Below the pieces are notes generated by a model. That model was not told the origin of the DNA. It did not search any database and saw only the letters and a list, made by a program, of their open reading frames with translations. Shown piece by piece: positions 28,425 through 38,330 of a DNA stretch of 64,000 nucleotides. The position numbers and the translations under genes were made by a program. Source of the stretch: Oligoflexia bacterium. Lineage in GTDB: Bacteria; Bdellovibrionota; UBA1018. How positions within the stretch are numbered: position 1 is the first letter of the stretch; each line of letters starts with the position of its first letter. Location of the stretch: the NCBI GenBank assembly GCA_963758495.1, contig CAVWVI010000004.1, positions 864,001 to 928,000 on the forward strand. The letters run 5' to 3'.

Positions 28425-30362
28425 TCAATGAAAATGCTGTATTGACGCATGCATAACTGAACTCTCTTCCCCAGTCACTGTTATGGATTGATACATACTA
28501 TCCAATTCCGCCTCATACCGTTTACTAATAAATTTTCTGCGGATTTTTAAGGAAGTCGTCAACTCGCCCCCCTCCACAGTAAATTCATTCGGCAATATCA
28601 CAAATCTTCTGATGGCTTCAAAGCTAGCAAGCTTTTTATTCACCTCATCGATGATCTTTTGCGCTATCAGTAGAATTTTTGGGTTCTTAATTAACTCTTT
28701 ATATTCACTAAATAAAATCTCATGCTCATTTGCATATCGAATAATCCACTCTCGATCTAGAGTGACTAACGCCGTAATACACTCTCGACGATCCCCACAA
28801 ACAACAAACTGCGTAATCAGATTATAGGCTTTAGCAAGATTTTCAATTTTCTGAGGCGCAATACTTTTACCTCCACTCGTTTTAATCAAATCCTTTTTTC
28901 GATCGACAATATGCAAAAATCCATCTGAGTCGATGAACCCTATATCTCCTGTGAGAAACCAACCTGCATTCAATGACTGAGCATCTTCCTCAGTTCCTTT
29001 ATAATAAGACTTAAATACCTTTCTTGACTTAATTAAAATCTCTCCATCTTCAGCTATTTTAAGAGTAACCTCTGGAAGGGGGCGACCGACTGTCCCAAAT
29101 CGAATACTTTCTGGATGATTCAATGTAACGGGGGCACAAGTTTCGGTCAAACCATAACCTTCTAATATTTGAACTCCAATAATTTGAAAAAACTCTCCAA
29201 TTTCTTTAGAAAGAGGTGCTCCCCCGCAAATTGCAAATCGAAGACGCCCACCCAATCTATTAGAAATAGAATTGAACACTAACGTTCTTGCCATCTGATA
29301 CTCGACACGATCAACAATCGCCGGGCTTATTCCTGTCCAAATAGCACTATAATATTTTTTACCTGCCGTAAGCGCTCTTCGAAAAACTTTTCTTTTTGAA
29401 GGAGAACCTGAGTCTAGTTCGTTCAAGATACCACTATAAATTTTTTCAAAAATTCGAGGCACTGAAAAGATCAGTGTGGGTTTTATCTCTTCGAAATTAG
29501 CCATCCATTGATCTGAGCCTTCAGCAAAAACTTGACGCCAGCCAAAAACATGTCCTGCCAAAGACTCCAGTCTTCCTAATATATGAGAGAAAGGAAGTAA
29601 CGAAAGAATCACTTCTCCTTCCGGCCTAATAAAATTACCCAAAACCGAAGCACAATCTTCTAGTACACTCATCAAATTATCATGAGTGAGCATAACTCCT
29701 TTTGGAACTCCGGTGGCACCCGATGTGTAACAAATAGTCATGAGATCATCTGCTTTTGCACCAGACAAGTTCTGATCAAACCGGGTAGGATCTTTTGCTT
29801 CTTCTCGTCGTCCAAGCTCCTGAAGAGCCTGAAGAGTCATTACATTCTGAGTGCTTTCCAGATAGTGCGCTGTAAGCATCATTGCTGCTGGTTCTAGAAC
29901 AATGATTTTTTCTATTAACGATAAACAATCTGGTTTCTCTGATTTTTTTTCAATAATTTTTTGAAGCTGTCCGCGATCTTCTAGTATGAGGATACGAGCC
30001 TCTGAATGCTCTGCAATATAAACAAGATCATCAGCCGGGTTTGTGTCATCAAGTGGAATAGTCACCCCTCCTGCACCCAATATGGCCATATCGCAAAGCG
30101 ACCACTCAAATCTGGATTTGGATACAATCGCTACTTTGTCCCGCGGCTTAATCCCTAACCCCATCAATCCGAATGAGATCAGGCGACAGTCATTATAGAA
30201 TTCTTTAAAGCTGACTTCTTTCCACTGTCCTAAAGTTCCAATTTCAGCATGAGTCGGCTTAAATTGGTAACCTATGGCAGTCGGGGTGGCACGCACTCGT
30301 TCCAAAAATGTTTCTGTAATAGTACTTTGAATCATATAGGGCATAAATTCAGTCTTGTTCAA
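28425..30362 (-). CDS. fadD: Long-chain fatty acid-CoA ligase (AMP-dependent synthetase)
   Basis: YTSGATGVPKG, LPFSHI, EGYGLTET, GWFLTGDIG, DRKKDLIKTSGGK. Confidence 0.92.
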   Translation of the reverse strand: MNKTEFMPYMIQSTITETFLERVRATPTAIGYQFKPTHAEIGTLGQWKEVSFKEFYNDCRLISFGLMGLGIKPRDKVAIVSKSRFEWSLCDMAILGAGGVTIPLDDTNPADDLVYIAEHSEARILILEDRGQLQKIIEKKSEKPDCLSLIEKIIVLEPAAMMLTAHYLESTQNVMTLQALQELGRREEAKDPTRFDQNLSGAKADDLMTICYTSGATGVPKGVMLTHDNLMSVLEDCASVLGNFIRPEGEVILSLLPFSHILGRLESLAGHVFGWRQVFAEGSDQWMANFEEIKPTLIFSVPRIFEKIYSGILNELDSGSPSKRKVFRRALTAGKKYYSAIWTGISPAIVDRVEYQMARTLVFNSISNRLGGRLRFAICGGAPLSKEIGEFFQIIGVQILEGYGLTETCAPVTLNHPESIRFGTVGRPLPEVTLKIAEDGEILIKSRKVFKSYYKGTEEDAQSLNAGWFLTGDIGFIDSDGFLHIVDRKKDLIKTSGGKSIAPQKIENLAKAYNLITQFVVCGDRRECITALVTLDREWIIRYANEHEILFSEYKELIKNPKILLIAQKIIDEVNKKLASFEAIRRFVILPNEFTVEGGELTTSLKIRRKFISKRYEAELDSMYQSITVTGEESSVMHASIQHFH

Positions 30363-30379
30363 TGTTCGTCTCTCACTGT

Positions 30380-30853
30380 TTAGGTCGCGCTGTTTAGGTC
30401 GCGCTCAATGGCTTTCTTCTTGAGTGTTTCTCTCTTATCGTATTTTTTCTTCCCTTTGCCTAAGCCTAGTTCAATTTTAGCAATTCCTTTTTTAAAATAC
30501 ATTCGTAAAGGGATAATTGTCATACCCTTTTGAACAACAGCCCCATGCATTTTTTGGAGCTGATGACGATGAAGCAGGAGCTTACGTTTGCGAAGTGCGA
30601 TGTGATTCCAAATATTTCCGTGTGAATAGGGTCCGATGTGAGTATTTACCAGCCACGCTTCAAAACTATTCGATCGAGCTACGACCTCTACAAAGGAATC
30701 TCGAAGATTAGGGGCCTGAGTTCTCAGACTTTTCACTTCCGTACCAGTCAATACGATGCCAGCTTCCACTATTTCATCGATAAAATAGTTTGATCTGGCA
30801 ATAGGATTAGACGCTATTAACTTCTCTCCGGAACTTTTCCTATCATGACTCAT
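30380..30853 (-). CDS. smpB: SsrA-binding protein
   Basis: EAGIVLTGTEVKSLR, RKRKLLLH, GKGKKKYDKR. Confidence 0.96.
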   Translation of the reverse strand: MSHDRKSSGEKLIASNPIARSNYFIDEIVEAGIVLTGTEVKSLRTQAPNLRDSFVEVVARSNSFEAWLVNTHIGPYSHGNIWNHIALRKRKLLLHRHQLQKMHGAVVQKGMTIIPLRMYFKKGIAKIELGLGKGKKKYDKRETLKKKAIERDLNSAT

Positions 30854-30875
30854 TCTTTATGTGCTCGCATATGAT

Positions 30876-32297
30876 TTAAAACGCTAATGCTAGCGTTATC
30901 CCCCCACCATAGATACTTCCACCTACATTATAGCCTGGGTATCCGATTCGATATCCTTCCTGTCCTGCTTCATTTAAATTATCGGTAGCTTTAGTAACAT
31001 ATTGGGTCACGAGCGCCTGATAAGACAAATTAAAATCGATTCGAGTAGCCAGCGGATAACCCAAAAAATGTTTGTAACTCAATCCCCAACCCAAGTTAAA
31101 CATATGTTTGGGAGGATCAAGATAATTACCGGATCCATTGGGTATCTCCGCAAGAATGCTCGGACGATAAGCATAGCCCATTCTGAATGTACTGACATTA
31201 CTGATTTGAATTTCCTCACCCACCCGAGGAATCAGAATATTCACATACTTGACTGAAGGTAAAATCGTAGGAGAAATCTGAATGGTACTCGGACTGCAAG
31301 CTCCAGGAGGATCACACATAGTCGTCTGAGGTTGTTGAATCTGAAGTGCAGGAGGTTGAAAGCTACTCCAAAATTGATAATCCAATTGAGCTAATAAGCG
31401 AGCTCTTTCAGCATGCTGCCATTTCCCCCCAAGCTCTAAAGACATGGGATCATAAAAAAGGGTAGAAAACGCATTAAAATTAAAATCAATCGCAGCTAAA
31501 TCTCCAAATGCCCGAGCAGCTGTGTTCAAAGTCATCGTATTATCTGAAGAGACTGGAAATCTAAATACTGCCCCTAAGGAATACTTGGGTGCTTCCTCGG
31601 GTGTAAAAAGAAGTCCTAAATAGGGAGATGCTTTAGTTTTAAACGTCGATAAGAATCGCATGGATGAAGTTGTATTGGATTTCGTGTTTATAAAAACCGA
31701 AGCATTACTGGTTAGGGAAAAACCAAAATGAACTCCAGCCCCTAAATGAAATCCCCTCCCTACTTTAACTCCACCCCCTATTTCAATTTGAGGCCGCTGG
31801 GTGCGAGATCGATACAATACATATTCTGGTACATAAGACTCGCCGGTATCAAAAAAAGCGACTTGATCGAGGGGTAAGAATAATACAAGGCCCGCCGTAG
31901 GATTATATTTTCCATCTGTAAGTCGATAGGAAAGCCCGATTTCCTGACCGAATGTGTTACGATAGGAAGAATTATCTACATCTGAGTAACTCGGTGAGTT
32001 GGGAGGTGTGTCGGCATTAAAATTATTCTGAGTCACCACATTGCTAATAGGATTAAAACTGGGCTGCATGAGAACTATACCCCAGCTAAAAAGAAGCCGT
32101 TTATCAGAATCTAACGACAATCCTGCTGGATTATAATAGGCCGTAAAGGAATCTAAGCCATCAGCAACACCCGCTCCCCCAAGGGCCGACATCCTGGCTC
32201 CAAATCCAAACATTTCACCTACATTTGCCGATCCATTCAAGCCTGCAAAGAAAGAAACCGCCACACTACAGATTGCAAAAGCTACCTTTAACTTCAT
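30876..32297 (-). CDS. FadL/OmpP1/TodX-family outer-membrane transporter
   Basis: GARMSALGGAGVA...AYYNPAGL hatch motif; beta-strands; terminal Phe. Confidence 0.8.
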   Translation of the reverse strand: MKLKVAFAICSVAVSFFAGLNGSANVGEMFGFGARMSALGGAGVADGLDSFTAYYNPAGLSLDSDKRLLFSWGIVLMQPSFNPISNVVTQNNFNADTPPNSPSYSDVDNSSYRNTFGQEIGLSYRLTDGKYNPTAGLVLFLPLDQVAFFDTGESYVPEYVLYRSRTQRPQIEIGGGVKVGRGFHLGAGVHFGFSLTSNASVFINTKSNTTSSMRFLSTFKTKASPYLGLLFTPEEAPKYSLGAVFRFPVSSDNTMTLNTAARAFGDLAAIDFNFNAFSTLFYDPMSLELGGKWQHAERARLLAQLDYQFWSSFQPPALQIQQPQTTMCDPPGACSPSTIQISPTILPSVKYVNILIPRVGEEIQISNVSTFRMGYAYRPSILAEIPNGSGNYLDPPKHMFNLGWGLSYKHFLGYPLATRIDFNLSYQALVTQYVTKATDNLNEAGQEGYRIGYPGYNVGGSIYGGGITLALAF

Positions 32298-32336
32298 AAA
32301 TCCCTCCTGACTCCATGAAAAAAAGGAGGGAATTAA

Positions 32337-33164
32337 TTAGGAAGTAGGAGGTTTAACTACCTGCTGTACTGCCTGAAAAAGACGATCCCATTCTTCCCAA
32401 TGAAGTGCTTCTGCCCGCTTTGTACCATCGACACCGGACAGCTCCAAGGCGTTTCGCCACGGAATGACAGATCTCAACATCTTTCGACGATGAGAAAAGC
32501 ATGTTTTTAAAAAGGATTCCCACAATGCTTCTGATTTTGGATCAGGCCTTACCTGAACCCAAGGAGACTCTCTTCGAGTGAGCACAATCACTTCTGAATC
32601 TACTTCAGGAGGAGGGAAGAAAGCCCGAGGAGGAACCGCAATCAGTTTTTTAACATCCCATCGATTCTGAACCCAGATAGAAAGACTACCCCGAGCTTTG
32701 GTGCTAGGTTCTGCCCTCACACGTTGGGCCACTTCAGCCTGAAACATCAGCACCATAATTGGAATATTTGAAAAATGTTTTGCAAGTCGACTCAATATAG
32801 CTGTACCCGCAGAATAGGGAAGATTGGAGACCACAGCCAAAGGTGTCCTCATCAGCCATTTTTCGTCCGATAGTTCTAAAAAGTCCGCTATCTCTGTCGT
32901 TACACCTAAAGAATGCTTTTCTTGCCAAATTTTCGCCAAATCTTTATCTTTTTCGACGACCTGAAAAGAATGAATTTCTGGATGAGAAGGCAATCGCTCC
33001 AAAATAGGGACTGTAATCGCCCCTTTTCCAGGGCCAATCTCAAGAAGTGTTGAGCATTGGTGCTGACGAGCTCCTTGTATTGCCGCCTCTGCAATCGCAT
33101 GAGCGATCGCTTGATCTCGAAGAAAATGTTGACCTAATGCACGCCGTCTTCCCTGTGTTGCCAA
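32337..33164 (-). CDS. rsmA: 16S rRNA m6,2A dimethyltransferase
   Basis: LGQHFL, LEIGPGKG, SNLPY, MFQAEVAQR, FFPPPEVDS, HRRKML. Confidence 0.95.
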   Translation of the reverse strand: MATQGRRRALGQHFLRDQAIAHAIAEAAIQGARQHQCSTLLEIGPGKGAITVPILERLPSHPEIHSFQVVEKDKDLAKIWQEKHSLGVTTEIADFLELSDEKWLMRTPLAVVSNLPYSAGTAILSRLAKHFSNIPIMVLMFQAEVAQRVRAEPSTKARGSLSIWVQNRWDVKKLIAVPPRAFFPPPEVDSEVIVLTRRESPWVQVRPDPKSEALWESFLKTCFSHRRKMLRSVIPWRNALELSGVDGTKRAEALHWEEWDRLFQAVQQVVKPPTS

Positions 33165-33166
33165 GG

Positions 33167-34246
33167 CTATACCTCCGAATTCGCAATTGCATTTAAAGTT
33201 AAAAACTGATCTCGATTCAGAAAATGCCCTTGCTTGAACCGAAAGGCTCCAGCAGCTGCAATCATGGCCGCATTATCTGTACAATAAGCCATTTTTGGAA
33301 AAAGTGGAGCACGAGCTAAACCCATGCCTCGCCATTCAGATTCCAAACGGGCACGCAATCGGCTATTCGCAGCAACTCCTCCTACAATAGAGAGCGACTG
33401 GCATCCATATCGAGTGATGGCTAGATCTATTTTGGATAATAAGGCGTCTACAATCGCTTCCTGAATTGAAGCACAAAGGTCCGGAAGATTTTTCTCCAGG
33501 GTACCTTCTCTTTTAAGTCGATCTGCTAAGAGCGAGACTGCTGTTTTAAATCCACTAAATGAGTAATCTAGGGTAGCCTTTTGAGGAAGTGCTCGAGGAA
33601 GAGAAAAGGCTTGAGAATTTCCATTTTGGGCTGTCTTATCAATCCAAACACCGCCTGGATAAGGAAATCCTAAAATCTTGGCAGTCTTGTCAAAAGCCTC
33701 TCCTGCAGCATCATCACGAGAGCGCCCTATAAGTGAATTTTTAAGAAAATCCAATGGCCATAGCTCAGGTGGATGCTCAACTAAATAAAGATTGGTATGC
33801 CCCCCCGAAATAATCGCAAGCAACAAAGGAAGCGGCACAGGTTCAAGATTCGCGCCCTTGCCATCCTCTAAAAACACACTCGACGCATGTCCCTCTAAAT
33901 GATGAACAGGAATCAGAGGTTTCCCTAAAGCATAGGCTAATGCTTTAGCGGCGCTCACCCCTACTAAAAGTGCGCCCACGAGTCCAGGTCGATTTGTCAC
34001 AGCGATTGCTTCCAAATCCCGCGCAGAAACCTGAGCTGACGTCAGCGCATTGTCAATCATCTGATTGACTGTTTCTAAGTGATTCCTGGATGCAATTTCA
34101 GGAACTACACCGCCATAAGGCATATGGATCTGAATCTGAGAAAATGTGGCCACACTGAGCACTTCTACTGCCCGCTTGGACTCATAACGAACTACTGCCG
34201 CACTACATTCATCACAGGATGTTTCAATACCTAAAATCATCATCAA
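33167..34246 (-). CDS. tsaD: tRNA t6A synthesis protein TsaD
   Basis: GIETSCDE, GGVVPEIASRNH, HHLEGH, SGGHT, DDAAGEAFDK, CTDNAAMIA. Confidence 0.96.
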   Translation of the reverse strand: MMMILGIETSCDECSAAVVRYESKRAVEVLSVATFSQIQIHMPYGGVVPEIASRNHLETVNQMIDNALTSAQVSARDLEAIAVTNRPGLVGALLVGVSAAKALAYALGKPLIPVHHLEGHASSVFLEDGKGANLEPVPLPLLLAIISGGHTNLYLVEHPPELWPLDFLKNSLIGRSRDDAAGEAFDKTAKILGFPYPGGVWIDKTAQNGNSQAFSLPRALPQKATLDYSFSGFKTAVSLLADRLKREGTLEKNLPDLCASIQEAIVDALLSKIDLAITRYGCQSLSIVGGVAANSRLRARLESEWRGMGLARAPLFPKMAYCTDNAAMIAAAGAFRFKQGHFLNRDQFLTLNAIANSEV

Positions 34247-34260
34247 AAAACTTTCAACTT

Positions 34261-34977
34261 CTAGACCTTTTTTCGAGCTTTTTTTGCTTCAGCTGATTTT
34301 GGAAACTTTTCAATCAGCTCTTGATAGAAACCTTTTGCATCATCTTTCATTCCCAAAGCATCAAAACATAAACCAATCTTATAAAGGGCATCCGGCATTC
34401 GCACTGAATGTGGAAACTTTTCAGGAAATTTTGAATATTCAATAATTGCCTTTTTGTGTTCCTTGAGATTGAAATAAGCTTCTCCTCTTAGAAAAATAGC
34501 CTCTTCCAGTTTCTTCACCTTTGGAGTTTTTAAATAAGAACCAAAGGATTCAGCAGCAGCGTCATATTCCCCATCGTCAAAATAAGATTTCGCCTTCTTA
34601 AAAAGCTCATTGGGATCTACCGCTGCAGGAGTCTCTTGAAGCTTTTTAATGGTTTCCACGAGCCCTGCTTGAGTTTGCTCTAACTGAACCATTCTAGCAT
34701 CTAATTTCTTAAGCTCTTCTTTTTCCGCAGGGTTCCCTTGACTTGAAAGCCGCTGTAAGTCCTCAAGTTTACCTTCGATACGAGTAATTTCGTCCTTAAT
34801 CTCATCAATGACGTACTGACCTTGCGGCTGAACATCTTGAACGGGCTGAGCCGGTGCGGATGAAGCCCCTTCTCTATCATTGGAGTCTTCTCTGAGCTGT
34901 GCCCGAGTTTTCAAACAAGAAGAGAATAGGAATGTAAAGCAAACTAGGATTACGAAAATGGGGATCTTTTTCATCAT
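34261..34977 (-). CDS. cpoB: Tol-Pal-associated TPR lipoprotein CpoB/YbgF
   Basis: FSSC lipobox, coiled coil, TPR with PDALYKIG..F...FPKS; downstream of pal. Confidence 0.8.
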   Translation of the reverse strand: MMKKIPIFVILVCFTFLFSSCLKTRAQLREDSNDREGASSAPAQPVQDVQPQGQYVIDEIKDEITRIEGKLEDLQRLSSQGNPAEKEELKKLDARMVQLEQTQAGLVETIKKLQETPAAVDPNELFKKAKSYFDDGEYDAAAESFGSYLKTPKVKKLEEAIFLRGEAYFNLKEHKKAIIEYSKFPEKFPHSVRMPDALYKIGLCFDALGMKDDAKGFYQELIEKFPKSAEAKKARKKV

Positions 34978-35043
34978 TAAAACCTAATGTAACACGAACC
35001 TATATTACGAGCCACTGAGGAAAAGATAAGCATTTAAAACATT

Positions 35044-35652
35044 TCACTTTGCCGCTGGAACCGGAGTTACACCGCCTGGAGCCGGAGGACTCAAAGGAGA
35101 GGCAGGAGTAGGAGTGGGAACGGGAGGGGCGAGTGCCGCCGCATTTTTGGCATCTTCTTCAGCCTTTCTTTGATCATAAACATCCGCTGGGGTCCCTTCA
35201 GGGACTGGGTATGCGTCAGTAGACTTTGCGGTAGAGGAAGGGACTCTTGCTTGAGGGGGTGCAGGCTCAATACTATTCGCATAAGGATCGGGAGGAGCTA
35301 CGATTTCATTTCTATTACCGCCCCCTAGCATCGACTCAAACTCTGCTTCCTCTGCAAAGTGTCGAGATTTAATAGAAAAATCTTTGGCTGCTTGAAAATT
35401 TTTAAATCGATATTCACGTTTTGCTCGAATAAACCATTCATTAGCTTGACGAAATAACTCAGGTGCTAAAGTGTCTGCCTGGACTTCCTTAGCTGCTCTT
35501 AATGCAGCTAAATTATCTGAAAAGTCTTGAACTGGACGGGTAGCAAGGAGAGAGCAACTCGGCTCTAGCATCAGTATAAAACATAAAAAAAGAACCCGAG
35601 AAGAACTCCTTTCAGAAGTCCTTCTCGGATATTCCTTATAAATGCATTTCAT
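35044..35652 (-). CDS. DUF4398-like lipoprotein with Pro-rich tail
   Basis: ALRAAKEVQADTLAPELFRQA helical hairpin; located between pal and cpoB. Confidence 0.6.
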   Translation of the reverse strand: MKCIYKEYPRRTSERSSSRVLFLCFILMLEPSCSLLATRPVQDFSDNLAALRAAKEVQADTLAPELFRQANEWFIRAKREYRFKNFQAAKDFSIKSRHFAEEAEFESMLGGGNRNEIVAPPDPYANSIEPAPPQARVPSSTAKSTDAYPVPEGTPADVYDQRKAEEDAKNAAALAPPVPTPTPASPLSPPAPGGVTPVPAAK

Positions 35653-35756
35653 CTTTTTAATCGTACTCGCTAAGTACGACTTTGTCTTGATTCTAAATAG
35701 ATTTTTTTTTCCTAAAAAATCAATGATTTAGCGGCAAACTCAGAAAGCGATTCCTA

Positions 35757-36269
35757 TTAGTGAGATGTAATTACAAAATTTGCACGTCGATTCTTCGCGT
35801 AAGCTTCTTCTGTATTTCCTGGATCCACTGGGCGTTCTTTTCCGAAACTGATCACTGTGATGCGATCCCCAGCTACGCCATGATCTTCTAAATATTTTTT
35901 CACTGAATTGGCTCTTTTTTCACCTAAAGCGATATTGTATTGGATTCCACCTCGAGCATCACAATGTCCTTCAATTTGTACTTTCACTGAAGGTTTTTCT
36001 TTTAAAATACCCGCATCGGCTTCCAATAACGCCTTATTCTGACTATCCAAGGTAAAAGAATCGAATGGGAAATGAATCGTCTGAAGTCCCAAAGCTTTAC
36101 CTGAATCAGAATCGCCTAGAGCAGCGTTCTCATCCGCTAAAGGGGAAGTTGGAACACCTCCAGCATCTTCCTTTGGCTTATTACTGGAGCAACCAGAGAC
36201 ATAAATCATTGCGACAGCAACACCGATAGTTAAAGATAGACGACGAAAAGTTCCGATCTCTGTTGTCAT
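35757..36269 (-). CDS. pal: Peptidoglycan-associated lipoprotein
   Basis: VSGC lipobox; IHFPFDS, IEGHCDARG..YNIALGEKRA, SFGKERP, KNRRA. Confidence 0.95.
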   Translation of the reverse strand: MTTEIGTFRRLSLTIGVAVAMIYVSGCSSNKPKEDAGGVPTSPLADENAALGDSDSGKALGLQTIHFPFDSFTLDSQNKALLEADAGILKEKPSVKVQIEGHCDARGGIQYNIALGEKRANSVKKYLEDHGVAGDRITVISFGKERPVDPGNTEEAYAKNRRANFVITSH

Positions 36270-36448
36270 AAAATCCCCTCGATCAATAAAAATTAATATT
36301 CTTAACACCTTATGCTACCTATGATCTACACTCAAAATCCGACTAGAAAAAGAAGATTCTGTGATTTTATTTTATTTTGTTGAAGGTCCGATTGCCGATC
36401 TCATCATCTGAAAACTTACGACTTCCTGCTTAATAGAGCGATTAAACC

Positions 36449-36464
36449 TGGCATTTGCTTCGCA
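36449..36464 (+). promoter_or_regulatory. Possible sigma54 promoter upstream of ssb
   Basis: TGGCATTTGCTTCGCA with GG/GC spacing, 30 nt before the ATG. Confidence 0.45.
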
Positions 36465-36494
36465 TTATGGGTTGAACTGGAGGTCACGATTTTA

Positions 36495-36941
36495 ATGAAA
36501 GATATAAATAAAGTAATTCTTGTAGGGCGCTTAGGAGCAGACCCGATTCAACGCTACACCAAGAACGGAACTCCTGTGGTTCATTTTTCGGTAGCTACAT
36601 CCAGACGAATTTTTCGGGAAAGCTCAGAGCCTTCTGTTGAAGCTGCGCCCACCGAAGAAACGCAATGGCATCGTGTCGTCGCCTGGGGCCGACAAGGCGA
36701 AGCTTGTGCTCAATACATCAAAAAGGGCCATGCGGTCTATGTGGAGGGCTATTTAAAAAGCCGACAGTATGACGATAAAGAAGGGAAGAGTAAGACCTCT
36801 TTTGAAGTCCAAGTAGATACTATCAGCTTTTTAGGAGCGCCCCGATCCTTAGAATCTCGACCCTTAGAGCCTCGATCCGCGGAGCTTCAGCCTCAATCAG
36901 TAGAAAAGCAAGAGATTCAAGTCGCTGATTTGCCCTTCTAA
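36495..36941 (+). CDS. ssb: Single-stranded DNA-binding protein
   Basis: NKVILVGRLGADP, FSVATS, TQWHRVVAWG, VYVEG, C-terminal DLPF. Confidence 0.95.
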   Translation: MKDINKVILVGRLGADPIQRYTKNGTPVVHFSVATSRRIFRESSEPSVEAAPTEETQWHRVVAWGRQGEACAQYIKKGHAVYVEGYLKSRQYDDKEGKSKTSFEVQVDTISFLGAPRSLESRPLEPRSAELQPQSVEKQEIQVADLPF

Positions 36942-36974
36942 GAACCTATCTAAGGTATTTTACAGATAGGTTCT
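36941..36974. terminator. Hairpin between convergent genes (probable bidirectional terminator)
   Basis: AGAACCTATCT...AGATAGGTTCT perfect 11-bp stem. Confidence 0.6.
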
Positions 36975-36977
36975 AAA

Positions 36978-37397
36978 TTAATGTTCTGGAATTCTAACTA
37001 GATCGCCAACCATTACGGCGCGAGGACTAATGGTTGGCGTACTTTCAACCGGAAGCATCGTCTGCAATCGCGCAATTGCAGCGATGGATTCAACATGAAT
37101 AACTTTTATGCGAGCAATTGGAAAAACCACATCTTTATAATGTTGCTCACTCAAGAGATTATAGGTCGGGTTCCGTCTCATCACTTCCAAAATCGAACCC
37201 TCATGTAATCCATGCATGGATCCCATATTGACGTAATAGTCTTTCTGTACGGATTCATCTGGATTTCCAAGATTCAATCCCCGATAAATACTATACACGA
37301 CAAAATCAGTCTTTGAGGAAGCAGCGTTACCAGTCTTAGCAATAGGAAGCAGGATACAAAAAATACTCAGAATCAGGGCGATCATCAAATGACGCAC
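36978..37397 (-). CDS. Exported hypothetical protein (FlgT C-terminal-like beta-barrel possible)
   Basis: Signal peptide; YYVNMGS..GL..GS.L.V.R ... IARIKV..V....AIAR ... VGDLV. Confidence 0.55.
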   Translation of the reverse strand: MRHLMIALILSIFCILLPIAKTGNAASSKTDFVVYSIYRGLNLGNPDESVQKDYYVNMGSMHGLHEGSILEVMRRNPTYNLLSEQHYKDVVFPIARIKVIHVESIAAIARLQTMLPVESTPTISPRAVMVGDLVRIPEH

Positions 37398-37444
37398 AAA
37401 ATAAACTCCTTTATTTTTATAGCCATGTTCGACTCCTTAATTGC

Positions 37445-37471
37445 CTATCGGCAATTTGTGCCTAAAATTAA
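37445..37471 (-). promoter_or_regulatory. Putative sigma28 (FliA) promoter
   Basis: Minus strand TTAA-N15-GCCGATAG upstream of 37397. Confidence 0.55.
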
Positions 37472-37568
37472 GAAAAAATATTGAGAAAACCGTCTTCCTG
37501 CCTTCGCGCCTACAAAATCCCGCTTCCGTCTTCTCACAAAACTGCTAGAATTCTTTCCATCTGGAGAG

Positions 37569-38324
37569 ATGAATAAAAGTATGATTTTAAATAAAAAAAT
37601 TATTGTGGTGCTGCCCGCCTATAACGCTGAAAAGACACTTCGACAGACTTATGCAGAGATCCCTTTTGACATTGTGGACGAAGTGATCCTTGTAGATGAC
37701 CACTCCATTGACAACACGAGTCAAGTGGCCCGTTCCTTAGGAATTAAGACAGTCATTCGCCATGAAAAAAACCGAGGCTATGGTGGAAATCAAAAGACCT
37801 GTTACAAGGCAGCTCTCGAAGCAGGAGGAGATGTCATTGTCATGCTCCACCCTGATTATCAATACACTCCCAAATTGATTCATTCTATGTGCTATTTGAT
37901 CGCATTGGGAGTATTTCCTGTAGTCCTTGGCTCTAGAATTCTAGGTAGAGGAGCACTCCTTGGTGGAATGCCTCGGTACAAATATATTGCGAATCGATTT
38001 TTGACAGCTTTTCAAAATATCATGATGGGACAAAAGCTGGCAGAATATCATACGGGTTATCGTGCTTATTCAGCAGAAGTTCTCCGCACCCTCCCCCTTC
38101 ACGAGAATTCCGAAGATTTTATTTTTGATAATCAGGTACTCGCACAAATCACTATGAAGGGTTTCACTGTGGGTGAAATCACCTGTCCCACACTTTACTT
38201 TCACGATGCTTCTTCGATCAATTTTAGAAGAAGCTGTACCTATGGATTCGGCGTGATCTGGACTAGCATTCAATATTTTTTTCATCGCACAGGGATCATG
38301 AAGTTTAAAATTTTTGGTATTTAG
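37569..38324 (+). CDS. GT2 glycosyltransferase (polyprenol-phosphate sugar synthase-like)
   Basis: VLPAYNAEKT, VDDHSID, NRGYGGNQK, HPDYQY, GSR, TGYRAY. Confidence 0.9.
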   Translation: MNKSMILNKKIIVVLPAYNAEKTLRQTYAEIPFDIVDEVILVDDHSIDNTSQVARSLGIKTVIRHEKNRGYGGNQKTCYKAALEAGGDVIVMLHPDYQYTPKLIHSMCYLIALGVFPVVLGSRILGRGALLGGMPRYKYIANRFLTAFQNIMMGQKLAEYHTGYRAYSAEVLRTLPLHENSEDFIFDNQVLAQITMKGFTVGEITCPTLYFHDASSINFRRSCTYGFGVIWTSIQYFFHRTGIMKFKIFGI

Positions 38325-38330
38325 CCCTCA

